Part shown: in pieces, positions 37,036-46,716 of the stretch
Numbering within the stretch: the stretch's first letter is position 1
Layout of the letters: each line of letters starts with the position of its first letter
Origin: a virus
Taxonomy: Duplodnaviria; Caudoviricetes
IMG/VR virus record: IMGVR_UViG_3300045242_000134
Coordinates: 1-55,581 of that record
DNA: 55,581 nucleotides
Direction: 5' to 3' (one strand)
Translations under genes and position numbers: made by a program
The notes under the pieces: generated by a model
The model's input: only the letters and a program-made list of their open reading frames with translations
Told to the model about the DNA's origin: nothing
Databases searched by the model: none

Positions 37036-37314
37036 TCAAACGGAGTGATCTAAATTGCCAGTATCTTTGCGCTTCGGAAGGTCTTCAATCGGCGTCGTAA
37101 GATTGAGCAAACTATAAGCAAATATGCGTGCGCCTTGCATCCTGAAATCGTTTGCTGCTGCGCTATCGGCAGAATCCGAAGGCGCCATGGAGTATTGCAT
37201 TTGCAACATCGCGGCACCAATAGCCACTGTCATCATTTCAGACGACGCGACATTTGCCCACAACTTGGATTGAGGGCTGTCGATGAACGCCTGTTTGGGA
37301 TTGATTTCGATCAT
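37036..37314 (-). CDS. Small head-module protein
   Basis: Likely start MIEINPK; R.QGA motif typical of the small gene before podovirus scaffolds. Confidence 0.55.
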   Translation of the reverse strand: MIEINPKQAFIDSPQSKLWANVASSEMMTVAIGAAMLQMQYSMAPSDSADSAAANDFRMQGARIFAYSLLNLTTPIEDLPKRKDTGNLDHSV

Positions 37315-37631
37315 GCTGGTTCGTAAGTCGCTTCGAAAATATCTGGCTTGCAGGGGTAGTTCTCCCCTTTGATTCCAGTAATAATCCAATCACCGGGACA
37401 AACAATGTAACCGCCTTCAAGGGTATCTATCCATCCGTGGACGTGCATTATTTGTTGGCAGTGTTTGCAAACGTCGCTTCCGTCTCCGGCAGGTGTTCGA
37501 TAGTAACGAACAATTTGGCCTTCCCACTCATTGGCCTTAACCTCATCTTTGGCATAGTCATTTGGATGATCTCCGTTTTTAAACCACTGCGTTGCGTCAA
37601 TCACTACCGGCTTCTTTCTAAACTTTGGCAT
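37311..37631 (-). CDS. Widespread small phage protein (KKPVVI...TLEG...PGDWII...YPCKPDIF family)
   Basis: Strongly recognisable family motifs. Confidence 0.8.
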   Translation of the reverse strand: MPKFRKKPVVIDATQWFKNGDHPNDYAKDEVKANEWEGQIVRYYRTPAGDGSDVCKHCQQIMHVHGWIDTLEGGYIVCPGDWIITGIKGENYPCKPDIFEATYEPA

Positions 37632-37632
37632 A

Positions 37633-37983
37633 TCATTTCACTTCCGCCAGTTCTGGTGCCTCGCCAATCAGTTCGGCAATGGACTTAGGGGCTTCGCCGG
37701 GAGTAGGCGGTGGCCATGTGGCTGGTAATTGCGGTGGAATATCGCGCTCCACCTTGCCCACACCGCTCGTAAGCGTCTTCGGCTCTTGAGCGCGGCTACG
37801 CATCACAGCGTCCGCGCAACGCACAGAATTGTCAGCAATCATATCCCACTTTCCAAAGTCTCCTTTTTCAATTGCCTGTTTCAGCAACTCGCGCAGTGCA
37901 ATACCAATGAAAGCATCACGGGCGTTGGTGTCGGAGAGTGAGGGCTTTGCTGGTGCGAGTTTGATTTCAGGTTTTTCAGGCAT
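37633..37983 (-). CDS. Hypothetical protein
   Basis: RDAF...AL...ADAVM..R motif. Confidence 0.6.
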   Translation of the reverse strand: MPEKPEIKLAPAKPSLSDTNARDAFIGIALRELLKQAIEKGDFGKWDMIADNSVRCADAVMRSRAQEPKTLTSGVGKVERDIPPQLPATWPPPTPGEAPKSIAELIGEAPELAEVK

Positions 37984-37985
37984 AG

Positions 37986-38216
37986 TTACCATCCAAGGAG
38001 TTTCGACCAATAATCAAATTGTTTTTGAAAATCTGGATTTGAGTTTCTCACTTTTTGAAGTTTATAATTCAACTCACGCCAGGCGATTTGAATCTCAGAG
38101 TAGTAATTAGAAGTTTGGATAGCGCGAGTAAATACGTGCCAATGCCACACAGGGTCGTACCTTAAAGGTTCGCCGCTTGGTAGATTGAGAAGCCATTTCA
38201 ATTTCCTGTTCATCAA
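37986..38216 (-). CDS. Hypothetical protein
   Basis: Coupled ORF. Confidence 0.5.
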   Translation of the reverse strand: MMNRKLKWLLNLPSGEPLRYDPVWHWHVFTRAIQTSNYYSEIQIAWRELNYKLQKVRNSNPDFQKQFDYWSKLLGW

Positions 38217-38545
38217 TACTCCAACAGGGGAAGCCTCTTTCGTTTTAATGATTTTCGAGACTCGTCAAGGAAGTTTTGTTTTATGACCACTTCATTGCAA
38301 ACCTTGCCAATATGTTCGTGTTGACCAAAGCGCGATACTAGTTGGGCTACGGTGCAAACCAGCTTGCGCTTTCGGCAGGATTCATCCGCGAATTGAAGCG
38401 CCAAATATCTTGCATCAGGTCCATCAAATTGAGCCATACGAGCGTTTTGAGTTTCGTCCTCAAGCACGACAATGTAGCTAACGTTTTCCATGCGCTCCAA
38501 TTCCCTTGCCAGCGGGCAACTTACCTTTTGCTGGACGGTTTCCAA
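38213..38545 (-). CDS. Hypothetical protein
   Basis: Coupled ORF. Confidence 0.5.
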   Translation of the reverse strand: METVQQKVSCPLARELERMENVSYIVVLEDETQNARMAQFDGPDARYLALQFADESCRKRKLVCTVAQLVSRFGQHEHIGKVCNEVVIKQNFLDESRKSLKRKRLPLLEY

Positions 38546-38717
38546 ATTTAAGTTTCTTCGCCGCTATCTTGAACAGCATCGAACCAAGTTTTTGTGGAGA
38601 GAAAAACTCGTTATAAGGCACACCCTTGGGAGTCGGGACACTTTCGTGATCGGGCCGATAGGTTCGGTGCGTGAAGTCCCAAAACGGTTTAGCGTCTTCT
38701 GGTGGTTCAGAAGTCAT
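38478..38717 (-). CDS. Hypothetical basic protein
   Basis: Downstream of a TTGACA promoter-like site at about 38746-38751. Confidence 0.45.
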   Translation of the reverse strand: MTSEPPEDAKPFWDFTHRTYRPDHESVPTPKGVPYNEFFSPQKLGSMLFKIAAKKLKFGNRPAKGKLPAGKGIGAHGKR

Positions 38718-38742
38718 AAAGTGAGATTATGTAATTTCACAA

Positions 38743-40035
38743 CTATGTCAACACTGTTTCCGGTGCTGGAACCTCCGACGGAAAGTCAATGCCAGCATCT
38801 TGTGCCTGTTCTACGACGGTAAGCAACTCTCCCAATGGTTCAAGGTCTGCGCTCATACCATCAGGCAGCAGTTTGATTTGCTCCTTCATTGTGGCTATCA
38901 TTTCTTCCACAGTGTCACCAATAGCCACCAGCCAACCAATTGCCTCTCCGTGTTGCTCATCAGGAGGAAAGCAGCGCAAGTCATCAATCTGGCACGAATT
39001 TGGAAGCTTTAGCCAACGCTTCAACTCAGTTGGAACTTCGGCAATGCCCCAAGCGTGACGGTCGCCCTTCATGTTCACCAACACCTCTCCAGTGAATTTC
39101 TTTTCGTAATCAGGCTGCACCAGCTCACCTTGAGCGCCATGGTAAATGACTTTCGGTAGGTTCGTGATGTTCTCAAGGTTTGAGGGTGTGGCAGGCATTG
39201 GGGCGCGAGTAGTGGCATCTCCAAAGTAATGCTTATCGCCCTTTACCCTGTCCTCCATCGACCAGAAATTGCGGTAGCGATATTTTGATAACTCAGGACC
39301 AAAAGCATTGAGTATTTCAATGATCTGTGGTGGCATTTCTTTGCGCGGCGTCACGGCGCTGATGTATGCCTTATCCTTGTTCTCATCACCGTGGAGCATT
39401 TCATCCGGCCACTGGCCATCAATGCAATAGGTGTCCCCACCAATTTCTAGCGGTGTGTCAATTGGATCGAATACCATGAACGGCACAATCTCTTTTGCCG
39501 GTCCAAACTTCACCGCCCATGAGTCAAGAAGGCATTCATCCAACTTCCAGCTACGAAATTTCTGAGTCTCGAAACTTCCACGCCATCGACTTATCTTTAT
39601 GAACCATGGCCCGTCATTTGACTTTAGAAATTCAGAGAGTTTGGTAAGTCCTTGGATAGTGCGGTACTTCGGAACATCCAATCCAACTTGTTCGAGCACG
39701 CGATGAAACTTCTCTCGGAACAATTCTAGTGAGTCACCCTTGCGGCTGCCCCACACAGCGCGGCCTTGAGATTCCAATTCGAGCTGCAACCCACCGTGTT
39801 CAATGTCGGGGAACACCCAAATATCTACATCGTCTTTGACGCTCCAAATGTCATTGATCCGTTCAACTCCATCCAGACCGTAACCGAGAATTGCACTATT
39901 GAGTTTGGAGAAGCCTTCTTCGTAAGGGCTGTGATAGAGGACTCTACCAAAACCGTTTCGAGCGAGGCGTTCAGCGAGAGTTACGAAAAGGCCATGGTCG
40001 AAGACAAGGGCTGTGGCTTCTGATAGTGGCTTCAT
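38743..40035 (-). CDS. ATP-grasp ligase (divergent PurD/GARS-like)
   Basis: VWGS....LEL.REK...L..VGL.VP.Y...FIK.S..RG.FET...EIGGD...D.TTR. Confidence 0.75.
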   Translation of the reverse strand: MKPLSEATALVFDHGLFVTLAERLARNGFGRVLYHSPYEEGFSKLNSAILGYGLDGVERINDIWSVKDDVDIWVFPDIEHGGLQLELESQGRAVWGSRKGDSLELFREKFHRVLEQVGLDVPKYRTIQGLTKLSEFLKSNDGPWFIKISRWRGSFETQKFRSWKLDECLLDSWAVKFGPAKEIVPFMVFDPIDTPLEIGGDTYCIDGQWPDEMLHGDENKDKAYISAVTPRKEMPPQIIEILNAFGPELSKYRYRNFWSMEDRVKGDKHYFGDATTRAPMPATPSNLENITNLPKVIYHGAQGELVQPDYEKKFTGEVLVNMKGDRHAWGIAEVPTELKRWLKLPNSCQIDDLRCFPPDEQHGEAIGWLVAIGDTVEEMIATMKEQIKLLPDGMSADLEPLGELLTVVEQAQDAGIDFPSEVPAPETVLT

Positions 40036-40088
40036 TCATCACCATTCTCATCCCCGTATTCATCGTCATCAGCCCAACCTTCTGGCAT
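40032..40088 (-). CDS. Putative 18-aa acidic peptide MPEGWADDDEYGDENGDE
   Basis: Fills the intergenic gap; its TGA overlaps the ATP-grasp ATG (ATGA). Confidence 0.35.
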   Translation of the reverse strand: MPEGWADDDEYGDENGDE

Positions 40089-40089
40089 A

Positions 40090-40578
40090 TTAGGGGACAA
40101 CAAGACCAAGTTGTTTATTTGTTAGAGCAAAATCTCCCCAACGCTTTACAGCTTCGGCGTCATATGCCGCTACCGCATCTTTAAGACTAGAAAACCGTTT
40201 TACAAATCTGCTCGGTCCAACACCAACTCTGACATTCCACTTGCTGTTAAACTTATCCCAAGAAACACCCTTGTATCCAGAAGTATTGGTTTTCCTTTTT
40301 TTGGAGTGACCCATGTTGTTTGCATGGGTGGTTCTCTTGAGGTTGTGCTTCTGATTATTTAATCCGTTATGATCTTCGTGGTGAATTATGGTTCCTTTTA
40401 TCTTTCCCATTACCATTTCGTGCATTCTCATCACAGATCTTCCTAAATGAGTTTGAGCATACCAAATATCATCGCTTTTGCTGGCTTTTTCGGCAGACCA
40501 CTTATGCCTGAAAAGTAATTCAAAATCTTCGTCATCAACCAAGGCAAATCTTCCTCTGGTTAGCGGGATTGTCTTCAT
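40090..40578 (-). CDS. HNH-AP2 homing endonuclease
   Basis: IPLTRG.FALVDDED...MH..HHEDHNGLNN...NL...NTSGYKGVSW...A..AYD.EA...GDFA.TN. Confidence 0.9.
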   Translation of the reverse strand: MKTIPLTRGRFALVDDEDFELLFRHKWSAEKASKSDDIWYAQTHLGRSVMRMHEMVMGKIKGTIIHHEDHNGLNNQKHNLKRTTHANNMGHSKKRKTNTSGYKGVSWDKFNSKWNVRVGVGPSRFVKRFSSLKDAVAAYDAEAVKRWGDFALTNKQLGLVVP

Positions 40579-42890
40579 TCTTCGTCAAATAGCTGCTTTC
40601 GTTTGCTCAGTTCGACTTTAGCTTTTGCTTGCTCAACACTCAACTGCAACGCCGCCTCGGAAGCGTCCTTCTGCATTTGAAAGGCGTGCTTTTGCTCATC
40701 TTGCCTTTGCTTAGCTTCGAAACTCAACTGCCTCTGAGCTGTCTTGCTGGCATGACTCTGACTGCCTTGCTGAATCTTAGCCTGAGCAGTCATCATAATC
40801 GCCTTCACCTTCGCCTGTGCTGCGGGGTCTTGGCCGTTCTGTGCGGTTGCCTTCTGTGCCGCCTGCTGCTGGCGTTGGGCCATGGCCTTAACTTCGTTGG
40901 TTTCGTTCTTGAGCGCGTCGTTCAGTTCTTTGACCAACGCCTTTTGCGTCCTGTCTTGAGCAAGTTGAGCGATAAAATTCTGAGCGTATTGAATGGCTCC
41001 TGCTAACCCCTTAACTTCCTGAGGCATACCAACACCACCGCCCTGCATGATTTCCTGAACCTTGCCTTGAATGAGTTGAAGCATCGTCTGAGCGACTTCA
41101 ATTGCATTGAGTCCCGGTCGTGGACGAACAGTGCCACCAGCAAGGAACGTTCCGAACGTCTGCTCAGTGTCGTGCATCGAATTGCTGATATGCGGTGACT
41201 CTGGATTAAGACTCATCGCCAGCTTCCAATCTCCGGTGATTGCCGCGTCATAACGCCGTTGAATCTCAACTTGCGCCTCGGGTCCATGTGCGGGTTTGGC
41301 AGCATAAAGCTTCTCTGCGATAGCGACTTCCAGCATCTTGTTGCCGCCACCCATCACGCGGTTGATTTGCAAATCCCAACGATCGTGGTTTAGAGCTTCT
41401 TCCGGCACGCCGTCCTTGAGGCATTCGACACGAAACTTCCGAACGTCAGGGTCTTTGGAATTGGGGATACAAAAACGTCGGGCAATTTCACGGTAACGAA
41501 ATAACTCACGGGCATACATGCTGTTAATCATGCTCCCTACCAACGACGCCTGAGAGTTGACCGTAGCCATCGTGTGCGTCGCAGTCTCGCCCTTGCCGCT
41601 TTCTTCGTTATACTCCTGGGTGAACGACGCCGAATGATCGGCCATCGTTTGGCGCAGCTTGGCAAACGCACTCTCAACCAATTGTTCGTTCACCTGCCAT
41701 CGTTCTTCTGGTCGAACGAACTGCATTCCCTCGGGCAGAAAACCTTTGTCAATCAGATCCACCTTTTGAAGCCGGTCAACATCCTGCGGGTTGTTGATGC
41801 GAAAGTATTGCATCAATGATTCGAACACAGAATCGGTGAAGCGACAGTTGAGCCGGTTTTGTAAGTGGCATACCGCGTAGAGTAGGAATCCCAAGCTGCG
41901 TATAGAATGATACCGGAATGGAGCGACTGCGCTCGCATCTCCAAATTGGAAATGGATAATTTTGTCCAGCTTATCGGCGTAGATGCGTTTCCCGCTATCG
42001 TACAGGAATTGGCCTTTGGACCAATCAAAACGACGTGTGTTCGAGTCAGGTTTTGAGAAAGTTCCACCCACGCCCGGTTGCCCCCACGCATCCAGGATAA
42101 TTCTCCGGTTCCAACCACTTTGCTTGCCATCATCGTTCCAAAAATAAAAGTCATAACAATCAATGGTAGGCACTGCGTCTGAGGCAAACAATCCCGAGTC
42201 CTGCTTAACCCGCTCCTCGAACTTTTCAGGCATCCAATACTCAGGCCAGTTTTGACCCAAGAGTGTTCGGGCTTGTTGGTCTGCCCATTTGAGAGCTTGG
42301 TCTACAATCGGCATGTTCCAACCGGGGTCAACTCTCGGGCCATGCGTCATCTTCCAAAGTTGATTGGCCGAATACTGGCGGAAGATTGTCAGGAACGGCA
42401 GGTTCTTGAGTGAGCGCAAGGTATTCGATGGCACGAGCACGTCTTCAATCCCAAGCTCTGATTGCAACCACATCTCTTTGTCTTCCCACGTCGCAGGACC
42501 AACACCGTGCAGGACAACAGACGCGCCAGTTCCTTCCCGAAGATCGAGAAAGTCCGCGCAGTTAATCATCGGTTTGTTCCATTCCTTCGTAATCTTAGCA
42601 CCCCACTCTGCTCGTTTATGGGCAGGACCATAATCGAGATTAACTGTCACCAGTGGATCGGCGGAAGTCAGGGCATTGGAAATCTGGCGGCGTGCGGAGT
42701 GGTCGAGGTTGGTTGCGCTAAGGTCGTTGTAATTTGTCGCAACATGATTGTCCCGCATTTCATCGGCAGAATAAGGTGGAGCGCCGTTGAAAAGTGAATT
42801 AATTTTGGCCCGATTGTTGGCGCGGGGGAATTCAGCTAAGAGCAATTGCCATACGACCTGCTCAACTGCTTGCGCTGTTTTGAAGTTCAA
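40575..42890 (-). CDS. Portal protein
   Basis: 771 aa; N-terminal R..I...FNG.PPY; Gln/Ala-rich helical C-terminus typical of podovirus portals; gene order. Confidence 0.75.
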   Translation of the reverse strand: MNFKTAQAVEQVVWQLLLAEFPRANNRAKINSLFNGAPPYSADEMRDNHVATNYNDLSATNLDHSARRQISNALTSADPLVTVNLDYGPAHKRAEWGAKITKEWNKPMINCADFLDLREGTGASVVLHGVGPATWEDKEMWLQSELGIEDVLVPSNTLRSLKNLPFLTIFRQYSANQLWKMTHGPRVDPGWNMPIVDQALKWADQQARTLLGQNWPEYWMPEKFEERVKQDSGLFASDAVPTIDCYDFYFWNDDGKQSGWNRRIILDAWGQPGVGGTFSKPDSNTRRFDWSKGQFLYDSGKRIYADKLDKIIHFQFGDASAVAPFRYHSIRSLGFLLYAVCHLQNRLNCRFTDSVFESLMQYFRINNPQDVDRLQKVDLIDKGFLPEGMQFVRPEERWQVNEQLVESAFAKLRQTMADHSASFTQEYNEESGKGETATHTMATVNSQASLVGSMINSMYARELFRYREIARRFCIPNSKDPDVRKFRVECLKDGVPEEALNHDRWDLQINRVMGGGNKMLEVAIAEKLYAAKPAHGPEAQVEIQRRYDAAITGDWKLAMSLNPESPHISNSMHDTEQTFGTFLAGGTVRPRPGLNAIEVAQTMLQLIQGKVQEIMQGGGVGMPQEVKGLAGAIQYAQNFIAQLAQDRTQKALVKELNDALKNETNEVKAMAQRQQQAAQKATAQNGQDPAAQAKVKAIMMTAQAKIQQGSQSHASKTAQRQLSFEAKQRQDEQKHAFQMQKDASEAALQLSVEQAKAKVELSKRKQLFDEE

Positions 42891-43285
42891 TCACCTGATG
42901 TATCGGAGATTTTGGGAGATTGGTCAATAACCATCATAAACTCCCCGAATGACCGTACTAAACAATAGCGATGACCAAGCTTATCCAGCATCATTTGAAC
43001 ACCCATTTGCTCTGGCGTCTGCTTTCCTGTTTTGGACTTTGTTTCGACGGTGAACACTGTGCCTTTGTCAGCGTAGATAATAAAGTCGGGTGTTCCGATA
43101 GGCGTGGAAGTTTTCCGGTGCATTCCACTAAACACAACGAACCATCCTCGCCTGCGACATTCGGCCACGATGGAGTCTTGAAGCGTGGACTCGTCTTCAA
43201 CAGGTTTGTTATGATCGCAATGCCTACCCACGCCAAACATCCTCGCCTCATAATCCCTCAACTGCTGACTGGTCATTGTGGCCAT
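42887..43285 (-). CDS. VRR-NUC domain nuclease
   Basis: E..LQ..I...GTPDF...VETK...GKQTPEQ...VRS. Confidence 0.85.
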   Translation of the reverse strand: MATMTSQQLRDYEARMFGVGRHCDHNKPVEDESTLQDSIVAECRRRGWFVVFSGMHRKTSTPIGTPDFIIYADKGTVFTVETKSKTGKQTPEQMGVQMMLDKLGHRYCLVRSFGEFMMVIDQSPKISDTSGD

Positions 43286-43286
43286 T

Positions 43287-43874
43287 TCACCTCTTCCTCA
43301 TCACACACAGTTCTCGGGCAAAGTAGATTGAGTCCACATCGAAAGTCGAACCGTGGATGTGGCTGATGAAGCTCTCCAACCATTCCTTTGATTTACCGTC
43401 AAAGTTCAAATCTTCAACGACGTAAATTCCACCGGATTTGAGATGGTGCCACAACGACGTGAAAGCAGCCTTCATGTCGGAGGCGTAGTGGGAGCCGTCG
43501 TCGATGATTATGTTGAAGCCGCCACCAAACGTTGCAGTGAATGTTTGCCAAAAATAATAGTCGGATTGACTGCCGCAGAAGAATTCATATCGGTCGTTGT
43601 CAGAAGCGCCAGGGGTATTCCACGGATTTGTTTTCGAAACAAGGTCTACTCCGAACACTTTGGCATTCGGAAAATACTCCAGCCACGTCAGCACAGACTC
43701 TCCACCACCAACCCCAATTTCGAGCAGCTTAATCGGCATGTCCCGCATCGGTTCAAAGAACCTTTCGAGATGCCGAAGGTAGTCGTGTGGCTTCGCGTAT
43801 GTGCGCGAGAACTGAGAGGCTTTGTCGGTCTGGTGGGCGATGCCGATTTCGTCAAGGGTTTTCATCAGTTCCAA
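43287..43874 (-). CDS. SAM-dependent O-methyltransferase (MycE-like sugar MTase)
   Basis: TDK...H.Y...LLEIGVGGG.S..W.EYFPNA.V.GVD...IIIDDGSH...GGIYVVED. Confidence 0.85.
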   Translation of the reverse strand: MELMKTLDEIGIAHQTDKASQFSRTYAKPHDYLRHLERFFEPMRDMPIKLLEIGVGGGESVLTWLEYFPNAKVFGVDLVSKTNPWNTPGASDNDRYEFFCGSQSDYYFWQTFTATFGGGFNIIIDDGSHYASDMKAAFTSLWHHLKSGGIYVVEDLNFDGKSKEWLESFISHIHGSTFDVDSIYFARELCVMRKR

Positions 43875-43968
43875 AAGAATCTATACTGACATTCGTAATA
43901 ATCAGTTCGCCACGGCTTTTTAACAAGCACTGTGGCGTAGCCATTGAGCATACAAATATAAAGATGCT

Positions 43969-45054
43969 TCATGGCTCCCACTTCTTTCTGTCCACCAAAT
44001 GAAAATACATATTCGTTCGATACTTCAAACATTGCTTACAAAAAGCGTGCCCCGTTCGCTGCTCAATCATCTGCTCCGGCGTCGCGTCCAGATAATCAGT
44101 GAGCTTCAATCGCCTGTCAGCGGTGCACGCGCACAACGAAGTCTGCCCATCGTGACGGATGAAAGTAAACATCCCACCTGCACCTACCGGACACACGGAA
44201 GAAACTGGATACTCCTTATACATCTCACGAGCATTCGTCGGGGGTATCTTCAAACGCTCCATCGTTGCGATATAAGTATCGCCAACCGGGGGAAGAATTT
44301 TATTCCAGTCAGGCTTACCTTCAACCACTTCGAAGGGTGTGGCATCGGGGTCTTTGGAGCGGCAATATTGAATCGCATTCTCCATTGAAATCGCACGCGC
44401 CATTGAGGTAAAGAAACCAAGACCGAGATTCTTAGCATACTCGCGCATTGGTTCAATCTCGTGTTCGTTATCGTTATAGACGTGGTAGTTCACCGATATA
44501 CGAACGCGGCGTTCTTCTGGTATGCGATTGTTGGTTTCGGCCAGTATCCGCATGTTCTCTTTAACTCGTTCGATGTTGCCGCCAGCATGACCGCGAACGT
44601 AAATGTCTTGGGTAAACCCTGAGAGACTAATGATGATGAAATCGGGACGAGCGGTTAACACTTCCTCAACGCGATTGAGTTTGTTCAGATTAGTGGACAT
44701 TTCGGGATGCAGTCCCCAATCGTGAACGGCGGTAATGCACTCCGGTAAATTGGGATGCAGAAATGGCTCACTGTTGCCATACATAAAGACTATCGCATTG
44801 GAATTTTCCTTAGCGATTTTCTCAAGTATGGAGTTCATTAAATCCATGTCCATGAAACCACTTTTGTGTTCATAACGAAGTCCTTGAATCGGACGCTGAT
44901 TACCCTTGGTGCAGGTTGGACAGAATAGGTTGCAGGCGCTTCCGATCTCCAAAAACACCCGCCACGGTTTCAGCTTCACCGTATCCGCGCTGATAGCGCC
45001 GTCTATGAACGGGATGCAGGAGTCGGCGTAGGCTTGTTGGAGGGCGGTGGTCAT
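43969..45054 (-). CDS. Radical SAM enzyme with twitch/SPASM-like C-terminus
   Basis: CNLFCPTC; EPFLHP; STN; DG...LC.C...CKQC. Confidence 0.9.
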   Translation of the reverse strand: MTTALQQAYADSCIPFIDGAISADTVKLKPWRVFLEIGSACNLFCPTCTKGNQRPIQGLRYEHKSGFMDMDLMNSILEKIAKENSNAIVFMYGNSEPFLHPNLPECITAVHDWGLHPEMSTNLNKLNRVEEVLTARPDFIIISLSGFTQDIYVRGHAGGNIERVKENMRILAETNNRIPEERRVRISVNYHVYNDNEHEIEPMREYAKNLGLGFFTSMARAISMENAIQYCRSKDPDATPFEVVEGKPDWNKILPPVGDTYIATMERLKIPPTNAREMYKEYPVSSVCPVGAGGMFTFIRHDGQTSLCACTADRRLKLTDYLDATPEQMIEQRTGHAFCKQCLKYRTNMYFHLVDRKKWEP

Positions 45055-45061
45055 ACAAAGT

Positions 45062-46024
45062 TCATTCCTTTTCCCATATTTGCTCAAAGAAGCCTTCGGC
45101 CCTTAAAGGCAACGCTGGTTTTCGAGAGATGAGTTTGAGATTGGTGTTGGCCGAAACAACATCTCCAATGTGAGTTGCGAGTTCGTGATTTACTGATACA
45201 AACCTTCCCTTCTTTCGGAGCACTCTCTCAATGGATTTCACGCAATCTATTTGATCGTGCGAAAGAAATTCAACAATAGAATCTTCATTTACAACCAGAT
45301 CCATTTCTGTATCAGGCCAAGCCAATCCATGCACATGGACTGGGAAAAATCTGTCCTTAAGCTCTCCGTTTAACCAGACCTTATCCTCACCTATTTTCGC
45401 CATGGACAGGAATGCGAAAATAGATGCCATTATGAATAAATCTCGGGCGTGCCAAGTAATTCCAGGAATTTGCAATGCGAGCGCGGAAAGCCCCCCAGTT
45501 CCTGGACCTATTTCCAACACCGAGGCATTTGTAAGCATTGGCGCAAGTGTTTTGAAAAGCATGGTGTAATGCGCCACTCTCGGCTGAATCAGTTTTGTGT
45601 CCATGACTAGTCCACATGCTCCAAATGATTGCGGAATGCTTATATCGACACCCAAGCAAGTTTCAATTGACGACACTGCGTCTGCTAAGTTGTTTGGGGT
45701 TGGCAATCCCAACTCGATTGCACAAGATGAAATTGTCGATTTGATAAATTCAGGGTAGTTCTCTCCGGGCCACTGAGAGTCTGCATAGTATTTGGGTAAA
45801 TCTACTCCGTGGAGAATTGAGCCGTCGTATAAGTGTTCGAGTTCCTTTCGGATGGTGGGCACATCGCCTCCAGACAGAATGTCATGGAACTTTTTTTGAC
45901 AGGAATCGAATATCATACCCCAAGTTGATTGCGGTGGGGCTGGAGAAGATCTGCGGGAGTAAAACTCCACCACTCTTTTTATTGCGTTGTCAGAGAGTGG
46001 ACACCCGTAACATTGTGTGATCAC
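45062..46024 (-). CDS. Putative sugar O-methyltransferase
   Basis: VLEIGPGTGGL...DL...DLVVNEDSIVEF...FVSVNHE. Confidence 0.75.
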   Translation of the reverse strand: MITQCYGCPLSDNAIKRVVEFYSRRSSPAPPQSTWGMIFDSCQKKFHDILSGGDVPTIRKELEHLYDGSILHGVDLPKYYADSQWPGENYPEFIKSTISSCAIELGLPTPNNLADAVSSIETCLGVDISIPQSFGACGLVMDTKLIQPRVAHYTMLFKTLAPMLTNASVLEIGPGTGGLSALALQIPGITWHARDLFIMASIFAFLSMAKIGEDKVWLNGELKDRFFPVHVHGLAWPDTEMDLVVNEDSIVEFLSHDQIDCVKSIERVLRKKGRFVSVNHELATHIGDVVSANTNLKLISRKPALPLRAEGFFEQIWEKE

Positions 46025-46716
46025 GTCCCAATCCCCCCCGCATAATAATTCTTTACCTTCGGCAATCGTGGCCCAATGCTCAAAATCACCTCTGCCTCAA
46101 AGCGACTGTCAATCGAGTCAATCCCTGAATCTTTGATGCGTTGCCTTGTCATCACGCTTGGAAGTGTTCTCAAGAACGAAGCTCTAACCCAATAACAGGT
46201 GCCCGCGAAATAGAATTGACTCTTGTCCCATCCCTGACCAGTTAGCCAATGCGCTCCGCAACTTTCGTACCCTTCACGTAAATCCTTGACGCATAATCGC
46301 CAGTCTTCCACGCAATGCTTCATCATTCTTGCCCTCCAAGGCGTTGACATATTTTTTTCGTAATCGGATCCGATTGCGTGAGTCGCTCCCTTGCTGTGGA
46401 AATTTAAAATGTAAGCCTCGGGTTTGAAATTTCTGCACCAGTCTTCAATCATCAACAATGTTCGAAGTTCGTTGCGACATTGCAACCCGTGATAGGTGAC
46501 AATCGCCTTTCGCGGTATCAACGCTTCAACGAAGTGTTTGCTCTCGTCGCCGCCGTTTACACCAACTCGAAATTCGTCACAGGCATCAAGCAACCCGCTG
46601 TCTTTGAGCGCCGTCATCTGCTTGTAAACGATGGAAGGCGCGGCGGGCAAGACCTTGGCTCCGATTTGGAACAGGCAGTGATAAAAAACTATGATAGGCG
46701 TCATGGTGATGGCCAA
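46021..46716 (-). CDS. Glycosyltransferase-like protein
   Basis: VFYH...E..TL...YIL.FHSKG...WR..M...FAG..YW.RASF...RF.AE. Confidence 0.55.
   Translation of the reverse strand: MAITMTPIIVFYHCLFQIGAKVLPAAPSIVYKQMTALKDSGLLDACDEFRVGVNGGDESKHFVEALIPRKAIVTYHGLQCRNELRTLLMIEDWCRNFKPEAYILNFHSKGATHAIGSDYEKNMSTPWRARMMKHCVEDWRLCVKDLREGYESCGAHWLTGQGWDKSQFYFAGTCYWVRASFLRTLPSVMTRQRIKDSGIDSIDSRFEAEVILSIGPRLPKVKNYYAGGIGT

Noticed and set aside
38743-40035. Bona fide purD auxiliary metabolic gene
   Set aside because: The hallmark PurD N-terminal GxGGREHA motif is absent and no other purine genes are present.
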